Below, one piece after another: positions 60,391 to 64,000 of a DNA stretch of 64,000 bases. Position 1 is the stretch's first letter; each line of letters begins with the position of its first letter. Made by a program: the position numbers and the translations under genes. This DNA is from Dehalococcoidia bacterium (GTDB taxonomy: Bacteria; Chloroflexota; Dehalococcoidia; Bin125): positions 1,813,864 to 1,877,863 of the forward strand of contig OZ253456.1 of the NCBI GenBank assembly GCA_965261225.1. Reading direction: 5' to 3'. Under the pieces are notes generated by a model that was not told the DNA's origin, ran no database searches, and was given only the letters and a program-made list of their open reading frames with translations.

Positions 60391-60917
60391 CCCACTCCCG
60401 GCTCGCCTCGGCGCAGCACGCAGACTCCGCACTTCTTACCCAATCCCCACCCGACCATCCCGAACCCGTCACGAACACGTGCCAACTACGCGGATCCAAA
60501 CCAAACATCGCCGAACAAACCCGAACAAACCTGAACATTCCTGAACACCTGAACGCCCCGATTCCCTGCAACACACAGCAGATCACGCATCCCACAGCCC
60601 ACAACAAAATAATCTCCCTGAACGCCGAACAACTCCCGAGAGCCGCCACCCACTCCCGGCTCGCCTCGGCGCAGCACGCAGACTCCGCACTTCTCTCCCA
60701 ATCCGTACCCGACCGTCCCGAACCCATCCCGAACACGTGCCAACTACGCGGATCCAAACCAAACATCGCCGAACAAAACCGAACAAAACCGAACAAACCT
60801 GAACACTTCTGAACACCTGAAGGCCCCGATACCCTGCAACACACAGCAGATCATGGATCCGGCTGCCCAAAACAAAAGAATCTCCCTGAACACTGAACAA
60901 CTCCGGAGAGGCGCCAC
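60391..60917 (+). repeat. Two tandem copies (~258 and ~269 bp) of a C/A-rich unit with internal 10-bp repeats
   Basis: Units start CCCACTCCCGGCTCGCC at 60391 and 60649; arrays of CCGAACAAAC/CTGAACA; copy 2 has an extra repeat. Confidence 0.9.
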
Positions 60918-61322
60918 ATGACCATCCCCAGACAGACCGTCATCCCCACCCTTCGCTACGAAGACGCCAACCGAGCCATCCAATGGCTCAACGACGCGCT
61001 CGGCATCACCGAGCACTTCGTCGTCCGCAACGAAGCAGGCCAAGTCGAACACGCCCAGCTGGCCTGGCGCGGGTCGCTGGTCATGCTCGGCGACCTGCGG
61101 GGCGACCAGCACGACCTACCCCACCGTCACGGCTCGATCAGCATGACTGCAGAATCGACCGCGCAGGTCAACGAAATCTACGCGCGCGCCCTCGCTGCTG
61201 GCGCGACCGTCGTGCAACCGTTGATCGACACCGAATACGGCTCACACGCCTTCACCGTCGAGGACTACGAGGGCAACCATTGGCACCTCGGCACGTACGA
61301 CCCCCTCGCAGAGAATGAGTAG
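60918..61322 (+). CDS. VOC (glyoxalase/bleomycin resistance) family protein
   Basis: IPTLRYEDA..AI.WL, HAQL, DTEYGSH.F...D.EGNHW..G. Confidence 0.9.
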   Translation: MTIPRQTVIPTLRYEDANRAIQWLNDALGITEHFVVRNEAGQVEHAQLAWRGSLVMLGDLRGDQHDLPHRHGSISMTAESTAQVNEIYARALAAGATVVQPLIDTEYGSHAFTVEDYEGNHWHLGTYDPLAENE

Positions 61323-61803
61323 ACACATGACCGATTCACCACAACCCGACCGTCCGGAGATGCCTGAGAGTTTCGGCGTCGGTAATCCCGACTTCCCCTT
61401 CGAACCGATTGAGTGGTCGTCCGTCGTTGAGCGCGTGACAGAGGCCCGCAACTACTGGATATCCACGACTCGACCCTCGGGACAGCCTCATTCAGTCCCG
61501 GTCTGGGGCGCCTGGACGGAAGACACATTCTTTTTTCTGACCGATCTGAAGTCATTAACCGCGACAAACCTGGCTCAAAACCCGGCCTCGGAAGTGCATC
61601 TCGAAAGTGGCGACGACGTAGTGATGCTGTTCGGAGAGTTTGAGCAGGCGGACCTCACAGCATCAGTCGTGGACGCATTCAACAGTAAGTACGAGATGCC
61701 ACCGATGGCTGACGGCTTCCCCGTGTACCGCCTGGCGCTCAAGAAGGCGATCGCCTGGGGCGAACAGGGTTTCCCCAGCAATGCGACGCGCTGGCGCTTC
61801 TAA
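61315..61803 (+). CDS. Pyridoxamine 5'-phosphate oxidase-like split-barrel protein
   Basis: RNYWISTTRP.G.PHSVPVWG.W, NL..NP...VHLESGD. Confidence 0.85.
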   Translation: MSRHMTDSPQPDRPEMPESFGVGNPDFPFEPIEWSSVVERVTEARNYWISTTRPSGQPHSVPVWGAWTEDTFFFLTDLKSLTATNLAQNPASEVHLESGDDVVMLFGEFEQADLTASVVDAFNSKYEMPPMADGFPVYRLALKKAIAWGEQGFPSNATRWRF

Positions 61804-61888
61804 CCGGCTGCGTACACATCTCGAACGGCGCGCGTACCTCGTGCGACGACCATTGCCTTCGGCACGGAAATATATCGGAGGCAGTCAA

Positions 61889-62377
61889 ATGATCATTCGA
61901 ACTGGGTTGGCGGCGCTGATCGCAGTGGCGTTTTTCGCGGTTGCTTGCTCCGGCGACGAGACACAACAGGGGTCCGGGGAACACAGCGAACGACAGGGTC
62001 AAGAACAAGGCCACGGGCAGCAACAAGGCCAAGAGCAAGGCCAGGGACAAGGCCAGGAACAATCCGCAGTTCAGTTCAGCAAGTCAGACACCTACGACCA
62101 CACTCGCAACGGAGCGCGCTTGATTCTGACCTACGACCGCGAGGCGAATGAGTTCGTCGGCACGGTCGAAAACACGACCGATGACACGCTCTCACGCGTG
62201 CGAGTCGAGGTACATCTCTCCAACGGCACAGAACTGGGTCCGACAACGCCCACCGACCTTGATCCTGGAGAGGCCATGGATATCACGCTGACCGCCACCG
62301 AGGAAGCGTTCGAGACCTGGAGCGCCCATCCTGAGGTCGGCAACGAAGAGGCGAACCACCAGTCGGATCGCGAGTAG
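61889..62377 (+). CDS. Lipoprotein with Gln/Gly linker and FxLYD-like Ig domain
   Basis: GGAGG RBS; lipobox AVAC; QGQEQG repeats; GTVENTT...VRVEVHL...L.PGE. Confidence 0.75.
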   Translation: MIIRTGLAALIAVAFFAVACSGDETQQGSGEHSERQGQEQGHGQQQGQEQGQGQGQEQSAVQFSKSDTYDHTRNGARLILTYDREANEFVGTVENTTDDTLSRVRVEVHLSNGTELGPTTPTDLDPGEAMDITLTATEEAFETWSAHPEVGNEEANHQSDRE

Positions 62378-62383
62378 TCCCGG

Positions 62384-63157
62384 CTAGGTCCCGGTGAACT
62401 GAGCCGTGCGGCGCTCGTTGAAGGCGGCGACGCCTTCCTTCATGTCGTCGGTGTAGGCGAGCCGCTCGAAGTAGAGCTGTTCGATCTGCAAGCCCTCGTC
62501 CAGCGAGGTCTGCATGCCGCGGACGGCTGCAGACTTGCAAGCGCGCACCGCGAGCGGTCCATTGCGGCAGATGCGCTCCGCCAACGCGCGCGCCGCGCCG
62601 ATCAGCTCGTCAGGCTCGACGACCTTGTGCACGAGCCCGATTTCCAATGCCCGTTCCGCCGATAGCGGATCGCCGGTCAGTACGATCTCCATCGCCCGGC
62701 TCTCGCCCAACAGACGTGGCAGGCGCTGCGTGCCACCCCAACCCGGCAACAGTCCAAGTCCAACCTCCGGCTGGCCCATCTGTGCATTGGTCGAAGCAAT
62801 CCGCAGATCGCAGGCCAACGCCACTTCGAGACCGCCACCGAATGCATACCCATTGATCGCCGCGATCAGCGGCTTGGAGATGTACATCCCGCGCATGATC
62901 GTAGGCGCCAACTCGAAGCGCTCCTTCGACGGCTCATCCATCATCGCCGGAATCATGTCGCGCAGGTCCGCGCCGGCCGAGAACGCCCGATCACCGGCGC
63001 CGGTGATGATCGCGACCCACGCGTCATCGTCATCCTTGAACTGTGCGCAAGCCTCGGCAAAGGCCGCGTACTGCTCGCGATCAAACGAGTTCAGAGCCCG
63101 TTGCCGGTCAAGGGTGATCGTCGCGATGCGATCCGAAACCTCATACGTGACAACCAT
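62384..63157 (-). CDS. Enoyl-CoA hydratase/isomerase family protein
   Basis: AFSAGADL, KPLIAAING..GGGLE, PEV.LGL.PGWGGTQRL; GGAGG before ATG 63157. Confidence 0.94.
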   Translation of the reverse strand: MVVTYEVSDRIATITLDRQRALNSFDREQYAAFAEACAQFKDDDDAWVAIITGAGDRAFSAGADLRDMIPAMMDEPSKERFELAPTIMRGMYISKPLIAAINGYAFGGGLEVALACDLRIASTNAQMGQPEVGLGLLPGWGGTQRLPRLLGESRAMEIVLTGDPLSAERALEIGLVHKVVEPDELIGAARALAERICRNGPLAVRACKSAAVRGMQTSLDEGLQIEQLYFERLAYTDDMKEGVAAFNERRTAQFTGT

Positions 63158-63342
63158 GTTCAACCTCCGTTAGCCACCGTGTTCATACACCATGCTCATA
63201 GATGCCGCGCCCGGTCTTCCGACCGAGACGGCCGGCAGAGACCAGGCGCCGCAAGATCGTCGGTGGCGCGAGTATCATAGTGTGCCGTGTGGCTGGAATT
63301 ATCACTTCACGGCCCCGCAAGCACTTGGATAACTCCCCTGAG

Positions 63343-63828
63343 TCACTCATCTTCGGACTTCTCTTCAGATCCTTCGGGCTTGAAGTTGGACACGAGGGTG
63401 TTCAGCAGAATTCCAGCAGCCTCTACGACCAAAACGCTTCCGCCAATCGTGGGGCCTCCTGCCCAGAATGCAACTGCTGCGCCAAGAAGTCCAAGAATGG
63501 TGAGCACTAAGACATTCGAGACCCTAAGGATTAGGAACCTACGGGTGACATGATCCATGTGTTTGGAGGAAAGATCTAAACTGCGCCTATCGATGTTGTT
63601 CCGGTTGACCTGTTCCTTCTCCAGCAGAGAGAGCGACCGGTCAGAAAACCCGGGCAGGATTTTCTCGTATCTCTCCAGAAGATCTGGATGTGGCATCGGG
63701 CCAATGAACGCTGACAGCGAAAGAGCGGACGACTCGCTCTCCGGCCCGTCAACAGAAGTCGCAATACCGTCAGGGACGATTGACCCGCTCAGATCTGCTT
63801 CGGGCAATGACTCCCCATCGTCAGTCAC
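63343..63828 (-). CDS. DUF2335-like membrane protein
   Basis: FIGPMPHPDLLERYEKILPG..DR....EKEQ, two C-terminal TMs; lower GC. Confidence 0.8.
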   Translation of the reverse strand: MTDDGESLPEADLSGSIVPDGIATSVDGPESESSALSLSAFIGPMPHPDLLERYEKILPGFSDRSLSLLEKEQVNRNNIDRRSLDLSSKHMDHVTRRFLILRVSNVLVLTILGLLGAAVAFWAGGPTIGGSVLVVEAAGILLNTLVSNFKPEGSEEKSEDE

Positions 63829-64000
63829 TACTGGAATCGCCTTTCGGAACCGCCAACATCACCCGATTGGCATCCAGAATGTCGCCAAGCCCGCCCAGAG
63901 CCTCATCGAAGTCTCTCCGCAGAGACGTAGTCAGCGGCTCCCTCATCGGGCTGTACACGACATGAAACGATTCGAATGCCTGGTCGCTGAAGTCCATGAA
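63821..64000 (-). CDS. Small hypothetical protein (partial), overlapping the DUF2335-like start
   Basis: Open frame FMDFSDQAF...SLRRDFDEALGGLGDIL...SSD*. Confidence 0.5.
   Translation of the reverse strand, partial: FMDFSDQAFESFHVVYSPMREPLTTSLRRDFDEALGGLGDILDANRVMLAVPKGDSSSD

Noticed and set aside
60347-60900. ORFs across the tandem repeat as real proteins
   Set aside because: Low complexity, open on both strands, and the extra 10-bp unit shifts frame; coding is not supported
60391-60917. Possible CRISPR array
   Set aside because: No constant repeat with unique spacers, only two long units, and no cas genes

Overview
A GC-rich bacterial chromosomal window, most consistent with Chloroflexota (Dehalococcoidia-like). 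This is inferred from a GreA with a KDIRENAPL tip and long N-terminal extension, plus F420-type LLM, PAC2 and many CoA-metabolism genes. It is mostly housekeeping and catabolic: acyl-CoA dehydrogenase, GDH, three MaoC hotdog genes, tldD/tldE, CoA-transferases, enoyl-CoA hydratases, nadE, a full A2-type caa3 oxidase cluster, a eukaryote-like citrate synthase, rsmG, tandem MFS, a two-component system, Eis, aquaporin and YyaL. No tRNA, rRNA or CRISPR was seen. The unusual parts are: (1) The oxidase operon opens with a gene fusing a degenerate PD-(D/E)XK-like domain to two copies of the TM hairpin missing from both CtaD and CtaE, and CtaC carries a ~90-aa insertion resembling a phage-structural beta repeat. 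(2) Several intergenic composite elements consist of MITE-like inverted-repeat shells enclosing REP palindromes, often at stop codons, one nested inside a REP. (3) Two C/A-rich elements have 10-bp-period repeats behind a LexA-like box and -10 hexamer. (4) A RelE toxin has an unrecognised acidic partner. (5) A decayed TPR defence-like gene is cut by a dead IS630. (6) Several apparent pseudo-enzymes and many leaderless-type starts occur. All calls come from manual motif reading; no searches were run.
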